A stretch of DNA of 64,000 nucleotides from Candidatus Thorarchaeota archaeon (GCA_011364985.1 RDOC01000001.1:32001-96000); one strand, 5' to 3'. Shown: positions 19,282-30,361, numbered from the stretch's first letter. Notes: generated by a model from the letters alone, not told the origin. Translations and numbers: made by a program.

Positions 19282-20112
19282 ATGCCCAGCTTGGCCGGAG
19301 CAGTCATTCTACCCAAGCACAGAAAGACGCTGCTATTTAAGAATAGAGACATGATCAATCGGAACCATAAGGACGAGCTTTTCTATGACGTCGATTGTTT
19401 TGGGATTCGAGGAGTGGACAATGTTACAGAAAAGGTAGGTGGACTTGCCATTGGAGTAAATAACCACGGTCTTGCTGCAGCAAACACTCATGTAAGAAAC
19501 ATGGATGACCCTTCATACTACCTTCTAACGGAACAGATTTTGATGTTCGCTAAGGATGCTGAAAATGGGCTTGGAATGGTACGCGATCACCTTAGATCCG
19601 GCCGCAAATACCAATGGGGTAATCTTGTACTTGCAGACCGTGATTCGATTCTTGTGATTGAGCTTGCAGGTGACGAACATTCCGTTGAGTGGTCGGAACG
19701 AAAAGCTCTCAGAACAGCGCATCACATCATGCTAGACACGGAAGGGGTCCTAAGATCTAGCCATACACGAGCAGATGAGTACTCGAACTCAGTGAAGCGG
19801 GTTGAGAGGGGCTATGATCTAATACGGAAGGTTTCAAGTGTGAGTGATGTGTTCAATATCCTAAAAGACCATGGGGATAATCTTGGACAGAGCAGCCTCT
19901 GCAAGCATGCCGAGGCATATGGAGACCATGCAACAACTATGAGTTATGTTGTAGAAGTAGACTACTCGGTAGATACTGCTAGACCAAGGATTGTATTTCA
20001 TGTGGCAAAAGGAAATCCATGTCAATCAGCATTTGCATCAATACCAATAGTCTTTCCTGCAGACGAGGAGATAATGAAACGGGCGGCCCAGTTCTATCAT
20101 GGTGATGAATAA
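19282..20112 (+). CDS. Ntn-hydrolase fold protein (peptidase C45/secernin-like) lacking the canonical N-terminal Cys
   Basis: LLFKNRD, GVNNHGLAAAN, GNLVLAD, LKDH...SLCKH; start after SD AGGTGA gives MPSLAG. Confidence 0.65.
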   Translation: MPSLAGAVILPKHRKTLLFKNRDMINRNHKDELFYDVDCFGIRGVDNVTEKVGGLAIGVNNHGLAAANTHVRNMDDPSYYLLTEQILMFAKDAENGLGMVRDHLRSGRKYQWGNLVLADRDSILVIELAGDEHSVEWSERKALRTAHHIMLDTEGVLRSSHTRADEYSNSVKRVERGYDLIRKVSSVSDVFNILKDHGDNLGQSSLCKHAEAYGDHATTMSYVVEVDYSVDTARPRIVFHVAKGNPCQSAFASIPIVFPADEEIMKRAAQFYHGDE

Positions 20113-20312
20113 GAGCATTTATGATATGAGAACTACTTGCCCAAATTGAATCCTACAAGATCACAAAATGCCTATTTTTGTATAAAAAGAAATCAAATCA
20201 TAATGTTTGTGAATAGATTTATAGTTCTTTAGTCTAATATATAGATATTGCGTGTGCTTAAGGAAAGCATTGGAGAATTGCTTTTCGCGTAAAGCTAAGG
20301 GGAGATATCTTA

Positions 20313-23300
20313 ATGAAGAAGAAACCCTATTTGTTTATGATAGTGTTTTCACTTGTCTTTATTTTGGGAAACATCGTATGTAGCATACCTACTACTCCGA
20401 TCGATCCTGCGACCTCTTCCCAGTCCTTGCTTGGAGAACCAAATCCACCAGTAGGGGTAGAACCAAGGAGGAATGTGGAAGATAATGAATTAGGTGTTCC
20501 TGAGTCTAAGGAAACTGCGAACGTCCGGAATTTCAACAAAACATTCGAACAATGCAAGATCGATCCAACGACTGGTGATTTTGTCTATACAAAGAATGAA
20601 ATCGCGTACGACTGGGTGGATGCTACCAGTGGATCGTGGAACGATTTGAGCATGGACAGCTATGTAGCGCTAAGCCTGCCATTTAGTTTTCCATTCTATG
20701 GAGAAACCTTTACGACTGTGTATGCTTCAAGACACGGCTGGATGTCCTTCTACAATACTGAGCCGTCCTCACCGTGGATCGGAATTGGGTCCAGTAGTGA
20801 GTCCGCTTGGTATGCTGTTGCGCCATATGCCACTCCTATCAGTTTGGAAAATGGGAACCCAGGAGTCTATACTCTTTCCCTAACTTCGCCCAATCGCTTT
20901 GTTGTTGAGTACAACAACGTGTACTCTGAGTATATGCCCTATGTGCTAGTTGGTACCTATCAGATCATATTCTATGAGAATGGCACCATCGATTTCAACT
21001 ATGACTTGGTTGAGAACGAGTACGAGCTACCGTATTCTACAGGTATCAATCACGGTGCCATTTACAGCAACTACGTAGACCACACGTTTGGCTCATTTCC
21101 GGTCGACGATTTGACCCTCCGGTTTGCTCCTCCAGAGAGATGGGTCTTCATCACATCATCCGACATGACTGCCTCGACCGACTACACACTCACGTGGGTT
21201 GGTGATTCCAATGTCACAATTGATGAGTATCATGTGTTTGTTGACTATTCCTACTATGATAGCACAACTTCCGATTACATGGACTTGACAGGACTCAGTA
21301 CTGGCTGGATTTATACCGAAGTCTATATGGAAACGGGAGGACATAACTACACGGTGGGAATGCAGCTCCTTGTGGACACTGATACACCAATAATATCAAT
21401 AGACTACCCATCTGACCCTGGTGAGCTCTACGATGCAAAGGTCAATTGGACTGCATATGATCCAACCTCATACATTTCTTACTATGATATCTTGATCGAT
21501 GGAATCTATCTCAAGACAGTTGATGGATGGATAACAGAAACATACGTGGTCATTCCAAATGAGCAATATCATAACATCACCGTCGTTGCATATGACGCAC
21601 TTGGTCACTTCGATTGGGATTATTCAATAGTATGGTATGAGAGGACTGTCCCAGCTGCCGGATTCGTTCGCACCCACGATGAAAGCGGCCTCTGGGAACT
21701 GCAGGATTACTACCATAATCTTGGGTATCTTAACGACGAGATTTACACCTCTCTTACTTCAAGCCTCCTCAGCTGCTATGATGTCATCTTTATTGGTGGA
21801 GGAGGGACGATGTGGCCAAGTGAGGACATGACAGGGTTGACGGACTATGTCGATGGTGGAGGAATGTTGGTTGCATGCTATGATTGGGGATTCGCTGTAG
21901 GTCTAGATTCCGTGATGGAGAACTACGGCATTAGTGTTCATTCCGCAACTTACACTTATGGTGACAACACAACCTACTTCGAAACCAATCATCCGCTGAT
22001 GGAAAACGTCGCGCAACTTCAGCACTCCGGTATGGAATACACATTTGATCTGAGCTTTCCTTCAAAGGAGTTCATCCGTTCAGCTGACGGACTGAACATT
22101 ATCGGATCAATTCTCGAATTGGGTCCCTCGAAGATTCTGTGCATTGACTATTCGTTCACCTATGACATTTACAGGTCAGACAACTACATTTTCTTTGAAA
22201 ACATCTTCACACACTGGCTGGCTATGGAGGATCATGACCTAGGTGTGGTCTTGGACGTACCGACATCGGCTGGGCAAGGTCAAGCTGTTGATGTTCATGT
22301 GTATGTTGTCAATCAAGGCATCTCAACTGAAATGGGCTTTACCATTGAGCTGTGGGTAGACGAAGTTCTTAAGGACTCACTCTTTGTGAGTTCTCTGGAT
22401 TCAGGTGATTGGGCGGAGCTGCCCACTTCCGTACTCGTGCCTTCACAAAGCGCTATGAATGTAACTGGGTACGTCGCCCCTGTGCCCGGGGAAACACTCC
22501 TCTACAACAACAGACATGAGAGAAACATTCGTGTGGTCTCTTTGACCATATTCAGTCCAATCCCAGATCAGGAAGTACAGGGAGGCCTTGTCTTTGTGAA
22601 CTACACGACGGCAGACTCACCGAATCTACAGAATATTACAGTCTTTGTAAACGAAGTCTGGGTAACTCGTCTCTATGATGTTGCAGACATGATAGACCTT
22701 GGGATGTTCGTGCCAGTTTTCCAGAATGGCTCGAATACGATAACTCTGATGGGGCATTGGGTTGGAGGAGGTATTGCAAACGCAAGTGTCACGATTGAGT
22801 CTTACTATGTAGTTCCTAGGATAGAACCATCCTATGGAGACTATCTAAACTTCACCTTGGCACCCAATGACATGTCGTATTCACAAGATATGAACTTCAC
22901 ATTCACTGATTGGATTTCTCCATTTGTAGTAAACTGCACCATGATCGTCAATCAGACCTCTGGGGGCATCCCGATCATGTATCTGGAAACCTGGATTGCA
23001 GTCAACGTCCTCAACGGATATATATCCGATGGTTGGCCTGGAGCACCAATCGAACAGAGCTGGGTGTATAGACATTGTTTCATTGTGCCTAGTACCCTTA
23101 CACCTGAAACTGTACCGTACTCAACCTACTTAGATGACGAATCGCCCTTAGCGTCTGGGGCCGGCCCAGCAGGGGTTCTTATGGACTGGAACCATGTGCT
23201 GATGTTGGATGTCCCCAGCGAGTGGAATGGGTATGATACTTATAACCTCACCATGTCGATGAGTGGAGTACCCCTCACCGTGATAGTTCTTCAATGTACA

Positions 23301-25175
23301 GGACTGCTCGTTGCCATGGACCAAGCAGGATATATTGGAGGAGAGGCTGTAACTAATCTGCTTCCACCAATTGCGAGGGCTCCGGTAGCGTCGAGTCCTG
23401 ATGATTTCTCAGTCGAGTACGACACAACAAACAATACTTTGGAATGGCTTGTATCAGGGAATAACGCAGACTACTACATCGTCTATCAAAATGATATACC
23501 AATGCCTGCTGACGATTGGTATGTTGGTGTTCCAATTGTTGTGGATCTAGATGGTCTTGACGTCGGGGTCTACAACTTCACCTTGATGCTTTGGGATGTC
23601 AATGGAGAGTGGACTAGCGACATCGTCTGGATTACTGTGGAAGACACGACGGCGCCTATATTGGACCATCCAGATGATCTTGAGATGTCACTTGGCGATT
23701 CTGAATTCATCACTTGGAACCCCTATGACAGCTCTCCAGATCGGTATGAAATACTCGTTGATGACTCGATTGTCGAAGGCGGTCCGTGGGACGGTTTGTC
23801 CGTATCTTACGAGTACTTTGCCACTGAAGTGGGCGTCTTCAACGTCACAATTGCTGTGTATGATGTCTACTCGAATTGGGCTTCAGACACAGTGTGGGTG
23901 ACTGTTGCTGCGCCGGTTGGCGGACTCACGATAGTCGAACCAACATCGAGTCAGACTGTGGTAGGAGGCCAAGTCTATGTTCTTTATGACCCACTTGAAT
24001 CGGACTACCTAGAAACCCTTGATATCTATGTCAACGACGAGATGATATCCTCAATGTTGATCCACATATCACTAGAGTGGGAAGTTATGGTGCCGGTCTT
24101 TCTGAATGGCACGAATAATATAACACTAGTAGGTCACTGGACTGGTGGATCCATTGCTAGCGATTCTGTACTTGTGGAGTCAGTGAACGTTCTCCCCATA
24201 TTCTGGCCAAAGTCAGGGGACTTCATCCAGTACAATGTCACAATCACCTCTGCAAACATGTATCAGTACTATGATATCAGCTTTGATAGCTGGCTGTCCG
24301 AATTTGAGGCAAGATTGTCGATGCATTACATCATAGTGCACTCTGGAATGGTCATCATGGACGAAACCGACTGGGTCATCGTAAATGCGCTCAATGGATA
24401 CATGTCATATGGTCCCACGGGCTGGACGTCCATGTGCTACATGTTTGTCCCCGGCTTTTCAGCGCCCGAGGTGACTCCGTACTCCACGTATCTGGAAGAC
24501 TACGTGCGCCCAGTGGCCAGTATTGGAGACAAGGCACCACTGTCAATGTGGAACATGCTTCAAACTGTAACAAGCTATGACATCTGGAATGGCTATGCCG
24601 TGATAGTATCAAACGGCGTATTTACTGGAACCGTCACGTACCTCCAGTCTACGGGCATGCTGATTGAGATGTGGCAGAACGAAGGGGACGTGCATCTGTA
24701 TATTGTCGACACCAACATGCTTCCGCCAGCCGACAGGGCGCCAATAATGAACAGTCCTGAAGACTTCGAAATCCTAGATACGAGCGATGACAACGGAATC
24801 ATGTGGGTGGCATCAGGAAATCTTCCCGACGTCTATCAAGTCCTGTGCAATGGAGTGCAGGTGGACTCTGGGGATTGGTCAATCGCTGAACCAGTCACCT
24901 ACAATTTTGGTCTGCTGAGTGCTGGTACTTGGAATTTCACAGTTGTCTTCCACGATGAAAGCGGCTCTTGGGCGAGTGACACGGTCATGGTGACTGTGAT
25001 ATCTACCACCACAACAACGACAACCACAACAACGACAACCACTACAACGACGACAACGACCACAACAACGACGACCTGGATTCCGCCTGATGTGATGATG
25101 ATAATCATAATCGGCGGATGCGGAGCTATTGTGATAATAGTCATCATCATACTAATGCTGAAACGTCGTCCTTGA
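20313..25175 (+). CDS. Large cell-surface glycoprotein (NIDO-like, GATase-like, CARDB and Ig-like domains; Thr linker; C-terminal TM)
   Basis: Signal peptide; LPFSFPFYG...YQIIFYENG; CARDB-like HDLGV...NQG...GETLLYNN; many N-x-S/T sequons; poly-Thr, TM, KRRP. Confidence 0.8.
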   Translation: MKKKPYLFMIVFSLVFILGNIVCSIPTTPIDPATSSQSLLGEPNPPVGVEPRRNVEDNELGVPESKETANVRNFNKTFEQCKIDPTTGDFVYTKNEIAYDWVDATSGSWNDLSMDSYVALSLPFSFPFYGETFTTVYASRHGWMSFYNTEPSSPWIGIGSSSESAWYAVAPYATPISLENGNPGVYTLSLTSPNRFVVEYNNVYSEYMPYVLVGTYQIIFYENGTIDFNYDLVENEYELPYSTGINHGAIYSNYVDHTFGSFPVDDLTLRFAPPERWVFITSSDMTASTDYTLTWVGDSNVTIDEYHVFVDYSYYDSTTSDYMDLTGLSTGWIYTEVYMETGGHNYTVGMQLLVDTDTPIISIDYPSDPGELYDAKVNWTAYDPTSYISYYDILIDGIYLKTVDGWITETYVVIPNEQYHNITVVAYDALGHFDWDYSIVWYERTVPAAGFVRTHDESGLWELQDYYHNLGYLNDEIYTSLTSSLLSCYDVIFIGGGGTMWPSEDMTGLTDYVDGGGMLVACYDWGFAVGLDSVMENYGISVHSATYTYGDNTTYFETNHPLMENVAQLQHSGMEYTFDLSFPSKEFIRSADGLNIIGSILELGPSKILCIDYSFTYDIYRSDNYIFFENIFTHWLAMEDHDLGVVLDVPTSAGQGQAVDVHVYVVNQGISTEMGFTIELWVDEVLKDSLFVSSLDSGDWAELPTSVLVPSQSAMNVTGYVAPVPGETLLYNNRHERNIRVVSLTIFSPIPDQEVQGGLVFVNYTTADSPNLQNITVFVNEVWVTRLYDVADMIDLGMFVPVFQNGSNTITLMGHWVGGGIANASVTIESYYVVPRIEPSYGDYLNFTLAPNDMSYSQDMNFTFTDWISPFVVNCTMIVNQTSGGIPIMYLETWIAVNVLNGYISDGWPGAPIEQSWVYRHCFIVPSTLTPETVPYSTYLDDESPLASGAGPAGVLMDWNHVLMLDVPSEWNGYDTYNLTMSMSGVPLTVIVLQCTGLLVAMDQAGYIGGEAVTNLLPPIARAPVASSPDDFSVEYDTTNNTLEWLVSGNNADYYIVYQNDIPMPADDWYVGVPIVVDLDGLDVGVYNFTLMLWDVNGEWTSDIVWITVEDTTAPILDHPDDLEMSLGDSEFITWNPYDSSPDRYEILVDDSIVEGGPWDGLSVSYEYFATEVGVFNVTIAVYDVYSNWASDTVWVTVAAPVGGLTIVEPTSSQTVVGGQVYVLYDPLESDYLETLDIYVNDEMISSMLIHISLEWEVMVPVFLNGTNNITLVGHWTGGSIASDSVLVESVNVLPIFWPKSGDFIQYNVTITSANMYQYYDISFDSWLSEFEARLSMHYIIVHSGMVIMDETDWVIVNALNGYMSYGPTGWTSMCYMFVPGFSAPEVTPYSTYLEDYVRPVASIGDKAPLSMWNMLQTVTSYDIWNGYAVIVSNGVFTGTVTYLQSTGMLIEMWQNEGDVHLYIVDTNMLPPADRAPIMNSPEDFEILDTSDDNGIMWVASGNLPDVYQVLCNGVQVDSGDWSIAEPVTYNFGLLSAGTWNFTVVFHDESGSWASDTVMVTVISTTTTTTTTTTTTTTTTTTTTTTTTWIPPDVMMIIIIGGCGAIVIIVIIILMLKRRP
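25005..25076 (+). repeat. ACN trinucleotide tract encoding a poly-Thr linker
   Basis: acc acc aca aca acg aca acc... about 24 Thr codons. Confidence 0.9.
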
Positions 25176-25194
25176 GAACAAATGATTCAGTTGG

Positions 25195-25234
25195 CGCTCA
25201 GGATCGAATTGGTCCTGAGCGAATCCTCTTTTTT
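25195..25234 (+). terminator. Hairpin + T-tract terminator
   Basis: CGCTCAGGA / TCCTGAGCG stem followed by CTCTTTTTT, 20 nt after the stop codon. Confidence 0.65.
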
Positions 25235-25511
25235 CACGATGCAGTTCAAGAGAGTTGCATACTTGCGAATTGCTTTCAAGCCGATTGCATTACAAGGCAG
25301 GTTCCATACGTTAGCAACGCCCATATTCCTTTATGCAGATAAATATATAATTATAATCCTCTGTTTAATCCCTAATACTATTTTAGTATTTTTTACATGC
25401 TCTTGAATGTTATAAGCATTCATATATGTAGATGCATAGACATTAGAATAAGCTCTTCCACAACATACATGACAGTCAGATAGGGATAAGCAGAACTGTC
25501 AGGAGAGTAAA

Positions 25512-25712
25512 ATGTCATCACAAGCCGAGGCGAACCAAGAATCTACTTGGAGGTGGTGTGAAGGCATTCCGCCGTTAGATCCAGTGGACCCCCGACATTC
25601 GTTGAGCCTCTTGCTGGTTGCAGAAGCAAGAGAAGGACAACGGTCGCCAAAGAAATCCATTGATAGCACCCTTCCAAAGCAAGAAGAAGAGAAGAAACAC
25701 CTGGATAACTGA
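25512..25712 (+). CDS. Small hypothetical protein (66 aa)
   Basis: SD-like AGGAGAG before ATG; AT-rich promoter region upstream. Confidence 0.45.
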   Translation: MSSQAEANQESTWRWCEGIPPLDPVDPRHSLSLLLVAEAREGQRSPKKSIDSTLPKQEEEKKHLDN

Positions 25713-25807
25713 ATAAACAATATTGAGATTAGTATCCGCCATCGAGCCCACAGGCAGTATCACGGGCCGTATCAATCAGGAATAGAGAGCTTTGCAAAGA
25801 TGCATCC

Positions 25808-27181
25808 CTAGGTGATATCAGAAGCGCCCTTTGGAGGCTTTTCCTGCTTCATTTCTGCAAGTCTCAGGAGTTCTATCTCTTTCTCCTTATTCCTGAAGAA
25901 AGCGTAGAATAGAACGATACCTAGAGCATAAAGCCCGGCTACTAGGAGATAGGGAAGTCTATAGAACCCAGCAGCCAGTAGTGCACCACCTATGTTAGCA
26001 GCTACACCCCTGACAAATGAATCTCCAGACCTAACAACACCAGTGGCCGTTGCCCGTTCTTCCTTCCTTAGTCCTTCCATAAAGAAGGCAGATGAAACAG
26101 GACCGGCCATATTCATCAAAACGTTTCTCACAACATAGGCAACAACCGCGAGGTAGATGGTAGGAGCCCACGAAATCATAAGAAGAAAAGGAATGGATAG
26201 GGCTTCTGTGAACATGATGGTGCGTACCTTACCAAAACGGTCTGCAAGTGCCGGTGCACTGAAATTGCCCACTGCAAGGATGATTGTGTTTATTCCAAAG
26301 ATTAAGCCAATGAGCTCATCTCCCGCTTGGAACTCATTCTTGAAGAAAAGGTTGAAGAACAACACAATCATCCCAGCTCCCAGACCAATTGCTGAAACAG
26401 ATGATGTGTACTTCCCAATGAATCCCCAATTTGTAACATGTCTGAAGCTTATCTCAAGTTTGAACTCCACTACTGAGTCTTTCGACATGGAGAGTAAGAT
26501 AACGAAAGCAATAGCCAGCGGAATGAAACTGAACCAGAGAGTATACCTGTAGGCCCAAATTTGAGTCGTGGAGGATCCGAGAAAATCGAAGAAGAAACCC
26601 GGCAGATAGCCACCACATAGATTTCCCGCAAGAATCGCGAGAAGAGAGATACCACCACTGAATCCGAACAGGTGAGCTCGTTCCTCGGACGTCGAGAGGT
26701 CAGTGACATAAGGCCCCCAAGCGACTTGAGTGAAACCGTCGGCCAGTCCGAGAAGTATCTGTGACAGGATGAGGATGATAGGTTCGATCATGGTGTATTG
26801 AATGAGTACCATTAGAAGAGATATCAGACTGGCAACTATGATTATTCCCTTTCGGCTTCTTCTATCGGTTAGCATTCCGGCGGGGATTGCAACTAGGGCG
26901 GTGGCAAACATTGACACGGAAAGAAAGAAGCCCAGAAAACTTTCTTCAAAAGAAGGTAGGCTGACGATGTAAAGGTTGAAAACAACATTACTTACACCAT
27001 AGGCAAAGGAATCCATTGCACTGATTGCGATCCACAGACGAGCATCCTTCTTGAAGAGACGGACTTTGTCTAAGTAGCCCAATTTGCGTTCTTCGCTCAA
27101 TGGCACACAGTCTCCAGAATGAATTACTTTCCTGGCGAAAATCTCATTCCCTTTATTCATTGCTCTTTGAACATGAACCAC
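25808..27181 (-). CDS. MFS transporter
   Basis: About 12 hydrophobic segments; motif A GMLTDRRSRK and LADRFGKVR. Confidence 0.9.
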   Translation of the reverse strand: MVHVQRAMNKGNEIFARKVIHSGDCVPLSEERKLGYLDKVRLFKKDARLWIAISAMDSFAYGVSNVVFNLYIVSLPSFEESFLGFFLSVSMFATALVAIPAGMLTDRRSRKGIIIVASLISLLMVLIQYTMIEPIILILSQILLGLADGFTQVAWGPYVTDLSTSEERAHLFGFSGGISLLAILAGNLCGGYLPGFFFDFLGSSTTQIWAYRYTLWFSFIPLAIAFVILLSMSKDSVVEFKLEISFRHVTNWGFIGKYTSSVSAIGLGAGMIVLFFNLFFKNEFQAGDELIGLIFGINTIILAVGNFSAPALADRFGKVRTIMFTEALSIPFLLMISWAPTIYLAVVAYVVRNVLMNMAGPVSSAFFMEGLRKEERATATGVVRSGDSFVRGVAANIGGALLAAGFYRLPYLLVAGLYALGIVLFYAFFRNKEKEIELLRLAEMKQEKPPKGASDIT

Positions 27182-27204
27182 AAGGCTAAAACCAAATCAC
27201 TTGC

Positions 27205-27219
27205 CATGTGTAACACATG
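27205..27219. promoter_or_regulatory. Palindrome CATGTGT-A-ACACATG overlapping the threonine aldolase start codon
   Basis: Perfect 15-bp inverted repeat between the divergent MFS and ltaE genes. Confidence 0.4.
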
Positions 27220-28263
27220 AAGACCATTGACCTTCGTAGCGATACAGTAACCAAGCCAACTGACGAGATGATACAAGCCATCGTCAAAGCTCACGAAAAA
27301 GACAGATTCGGTGATGATGTTATAGGAGAGGATGAGGTTGTCAATGAGCTTCAGGAAAAAGCGGCTCAAGAATTAGGCAAAGAGGCAGCTCTTTTGGTGA
27401 CCTCAGGAACTCAAGGCAACGTTATAGCACTGCTGGCCCAGACCAAGCGTGGTGATGAGATCATAGTTGAGGAGCAGTCACATACCTTCATGTTCGAAGG
27501 CGGCGGGATGTCAGTATTGGGAGGGCTCTATCCAAGACCCGTCAAGGGCGTCAAAGGCTATATTCTCCCAGAAACCTTGAGAGATGCCGTAAGACCGGAT
27601 GATGCACACTATCCTCAATCGGGAATGGTTGTGGTGGAGAATACACACAATTATGCAGGTGGAACTGTTACGACTTCGCAGCAGGTCAGAGAATTGGCGG
27701 AGGTTGCACGAGAATACAATCTACGTATTCATTGCGACGGAGCTCGTTTGTTCAATGCTGCTGTTGCTCTCAATGTTCCTGCAAAGAAGCTTGTCGCCGA
27801 TGTCGATAGTGTACAGATCTGTTTGAGCAAAGGTCTCTCAGCACCAGTTGGCTCCATTGTAGCTGGGACCGAAGAGTTCATTCATGATGCACATAGACTG
27901 AGAAAGAAACTAGGTGGCGGAATGCGTCAGGCCGGCATCATTGCCGCCCCAGGAATCGTTGCACTTGAGAAAATGATAAACAGGCTGAAGGATGACCACA
28001 CCAATGCAAAGATTCTCTACAGCCATCTGTCTAGGATTCCAGATCTGGAGATCGAAGAGCCAGAAACGAACATTATCTTTGTTGGCCTTCAAAACCTCGA
28101 CCTAGACGTTCCAAAGCTATCTCAGGAGCTGAAAAAACGAAACATCTTGATTTATGGTGAATATGGGACAAGAGCGAGATTCGTAACTCACCGCATGATT
28201 TCCAAAGAAGACATTCTGAGAACAGCGGAAGCTGTGGCGGAGATACTTGTCGGGAAGAGCTAG
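27217..28263 (+). CDS. ltaE: Low-specificity L-threonine aldolase
   Basis: DLRSDTVTKPT, SGTQGN, ENTHN, HCDGARLFNA, CLSKGLSAPVGS, GGGMRQAG. Confidence 0.95.
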   Translation: MKTIDLRSDTVTKPTDEMIQAIVKAHEKDRFGDDVIGEDEVVNELQEKAAQELGKEAALLVTSGTQGNVIALLAQTKRGDEIIVEEQSHTFMFEGGGMSVLGGLYPRPVKGVKGYILPETLRDAVRPDDAHYPQSGMVVVENTHNYAGGTVTTSQQVRELAEVAREYNLRIHCDGARLFNAAVALNVPAKKLVADVDSVQICLSKGLSAPVGSIVAGTEEFIHDAHRLRKKLGGGMRQAGIIAAPGIVALEKMINRLKDDHTNAKILYSHLSRIPDLEIEEPETNIIFVGLQNLDLDVPKLSQELKKRNILIYGEYGTRARFVTHRMISKEDILRTAEAVAEILVGKS

Positions 28264-28694
28264 TGGGCTGAGTCCTGGGGCTCTTCGCATAGCTCGATTA
28301 GCACGCCCCCAGTAGACGTGGGGTGGACGAAGGCAATTCGCATATCATGAGCGCCGATACGTGGTTTCTTGTCGATCAACACCGCACCATTTTCCTCATG
28401 GCATCTTAGTGCCTGTTCAATGTCATCTACCTTGATGGCAATGTGATGAATGCCAGATCCACGCTTGGACAGGAACTTGGCGATTGGGCTATCTCTCGAA
28501 ATAGGTTCTAGGAGCTCAATCCGGCTCTCGCCGACTTGCAGAAAGGCGACTCGCACCTTCTGCTCAGCCACTACCTCGGATCCCCGGTACTCAAGCCCCA
28601 GACCATCTCTGTAGTAGGGCAACATGTCATCAATCTTCTCAACTGCAATCCCGATATGGTCTATTTTGTCAACAGTCATCAGATGATCCCTCAT
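28260..28694 (-). CDS. mce: Methylmalonyl-CoA epimerase
   Basis: [24 protein letters not shown]...GGVLIEL; in the mutase operon. Confidence 0.95.
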   Translation of the reverse strand: MRDHLMTVDKIDHIGIAVEKIDDMLPYYRDGLGLEYRGSEVVAEQKVRVAFLQVGESRIELLEPISRDSPIAKFLSKRGSGIHHIAIKVDDIEQALRCHEENGAVLIDKKPRIGAHDMRIAFVHPTSTGGVLIELCEEPQDSAH

Positions 28695-30361
28695 AGAATG
28701 TCAGGAGCCTTATACTCTCCAAAGACACTTCGCAAAACTCCACAGATCTCACCCAACGTGGCATAAACCTTTACTGCGGCCAGAATTGCCGGCATCAGAT
28801 TCTCAGAACCCTCTGAAGCAGCTCTAAGCAAGTCCAAGGCCTCCTCGACATCCTGCTCATTGCGGGTGTCTCTTACCTTCATAAGCCGGGAAATCTGTTC
28901 TTCCTCGGACTTCGGATCGACTTTAAGATAGTCGAATGTCTGCGTTTCATCTGCTATGAACTCGTTCACTCCGACAACGATTCTACGTTTCCGATCCACA
29001 TCACGCTGAAATTCGTAGGCGCTTTCATGAATCTCGCGCTGAATGTAGCCCCTCTCGATTGCATTGGGAGAACCCCCCATCGAATCGATTTCCTTAATAT
29101 ACTTCAGTGCACCCGTCTCAATCTCGTTAGTGAGTGATTCAATGAAATAAGATCCTGCAAGTGGGTCTATTGTATCAGCCACTCCGCTTTCATGAGCAAT
29201 GATTTGTTGGGTCCTAAGAGCAATCTGTACCGAATCGCGCGTCGGAAGAGATAAGGCCTCGTCGCGTGAGTTTGTGTGTAGCGACTGTGTTCCACCCAGA
29301 ACGGCCTGAAGCGCCTGAAGTGTGACTCGCACAACATTATTGTCAGGTTGCTGTGCCGTTAGCGTGCAACCAGCTGTTTGCGTATGAAATCGCATCATGA
29401 GAGACCGCTCCTCTTTCGCTCCAAAGTGTCCTTTCATTATTCTGGCCCAGAGCCTGCGTGCAGCTCTGAATTTTGCTACCTCCTCAAAGAAATCAGAATG
29501 ACTGCCGAAGAAGAAAGACAAACGAGGAGCAAATGCATCTACATCCAATCCAGCCTTCATTGCTGCTTCCACATAGGCAATCCCATTTGCAATGGTGAAA
29601 GCAACTTCTTGGATTGCGGTGGATCCCGCCTCCCGAATGTGATAGCCCGAGATAGAAATGGTGTTGAATAAGGGAAGGTGTTCACCGCAGAATGCAAAGA
29701 TGTCAGTTATGAGACGCATTGATGGAGCAGGAGGAAATATGTACGTGCCACGAGCAACGAACTCCTTCAGAATATCATTCTGGATTGTTCCTCGTAGCTT
29801 GTTCATTGGTACACCTTGTTTCTCAGCAACGGCGATATACATGGCAAGAAGTACGGATGCAGGTGCGTTAATGGTCATAGACGTACTGACCTTGTCTAGG
29901 GGAATCGAATGGAAGAGAACCTCCATGTCTGAAAGAGTGTCGATTGCGACTCCAACTTTTCCAACCTCTCCACGGGCAAGTTCATTATCGGAATCATAGC
30001 CAATCTGAGTGGGAAGGTCGAAAGCAACGGAGAGTCCTGTTTGTCCCTGTTCAAGTAGAAAACGAAAGCGTTCATTGGTTTCTTTGGCGGTGGCAAAGCC
30101 ACTATACTGCCGCATTGTCCAAAGTCGCCCGCGGTACATTGTAGGTTGAACGCCCCGCGTGTATGGGAATTCTCCCGGAAATCCCAAGTCACTTTCATAC
30201 TCAAGGCTAGACACATCAGTAGGGGTGTAGAACCTCTTCAACGGCACTCCTGATATTGTTTTGAACTCCTCAATACGCTCAGGATGCGTCCGAAGTGCTT
30301 TGCCCAAAGTGGACTCAGTCCAACGCTTTTCTCCCTTTCTTAGGCGCTCAAGATCATCCAT
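28691..30361 (-). CDS. Methylmalonyl-CoA mutase, large (substrate-binding) subunit
   Basis: [15 protein letters not shown] (Tyr), [14 protein letters not shown] (Arg), [11 protein letters not shown]. Confidence 0.95.
   Translation of the reverse strand: MDDLERLRKGEKRWTESTLGKALRTHPERIEEFKTISGVPLKRFYTPTDVSSLEYESDLGFPGEFPYTRGVQPTMYRGRLWTMRQYSGFATAKETNERFRFLLEQGQTGLSVAFDLPTQIGYDSDNELARGEVGKVGVAIDTLSDMEVLFHSIPLDKVSTSMTINAPASVLLAMYIAVAEKQGVPMNKLRGTIQNDILKEFVARGTYIFPPAPSMRLITDIFAFCGEHLPLFNTISISGYHIREAGSTAIQEVAFTIANGIAYVEAAMKAGLDVDAFAPRLSFFFGSHSDFFEEVAKFRAARRLWARIMKGHFGAKEERSLMMRFHTQTAGCTLTAQQPDNNVVRVTLQALQAVLGGTQSLHTNSRDEALSLPTRDSVQIALRTQQIIAHESGVADTIDPLAGSYFIESLTNEIETGALKYIKEIDSMGGSPNAIERGYIQREIHESAYEFQRDVDRKRRIVVGVNEFIADETQTFDYLKVDPKSEEEQISRLMKVRDTRNEQDVEEALDLLRAASEGSENLMPAILAAVKVYATLGEICGVLRSVFGEYKAPDIL

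Noticed and set aside
24899-25150. Poly-Val ORF on the minus strand (also 43556-43846 on plus)
   Set aside because: Antisense shadow of Thr-codon linkers
25320-25440. Replication origin (AT-rich unwinding element)
   Set aside because: No ORB-like repeats seen and no cdc6/orc1 gene nearby
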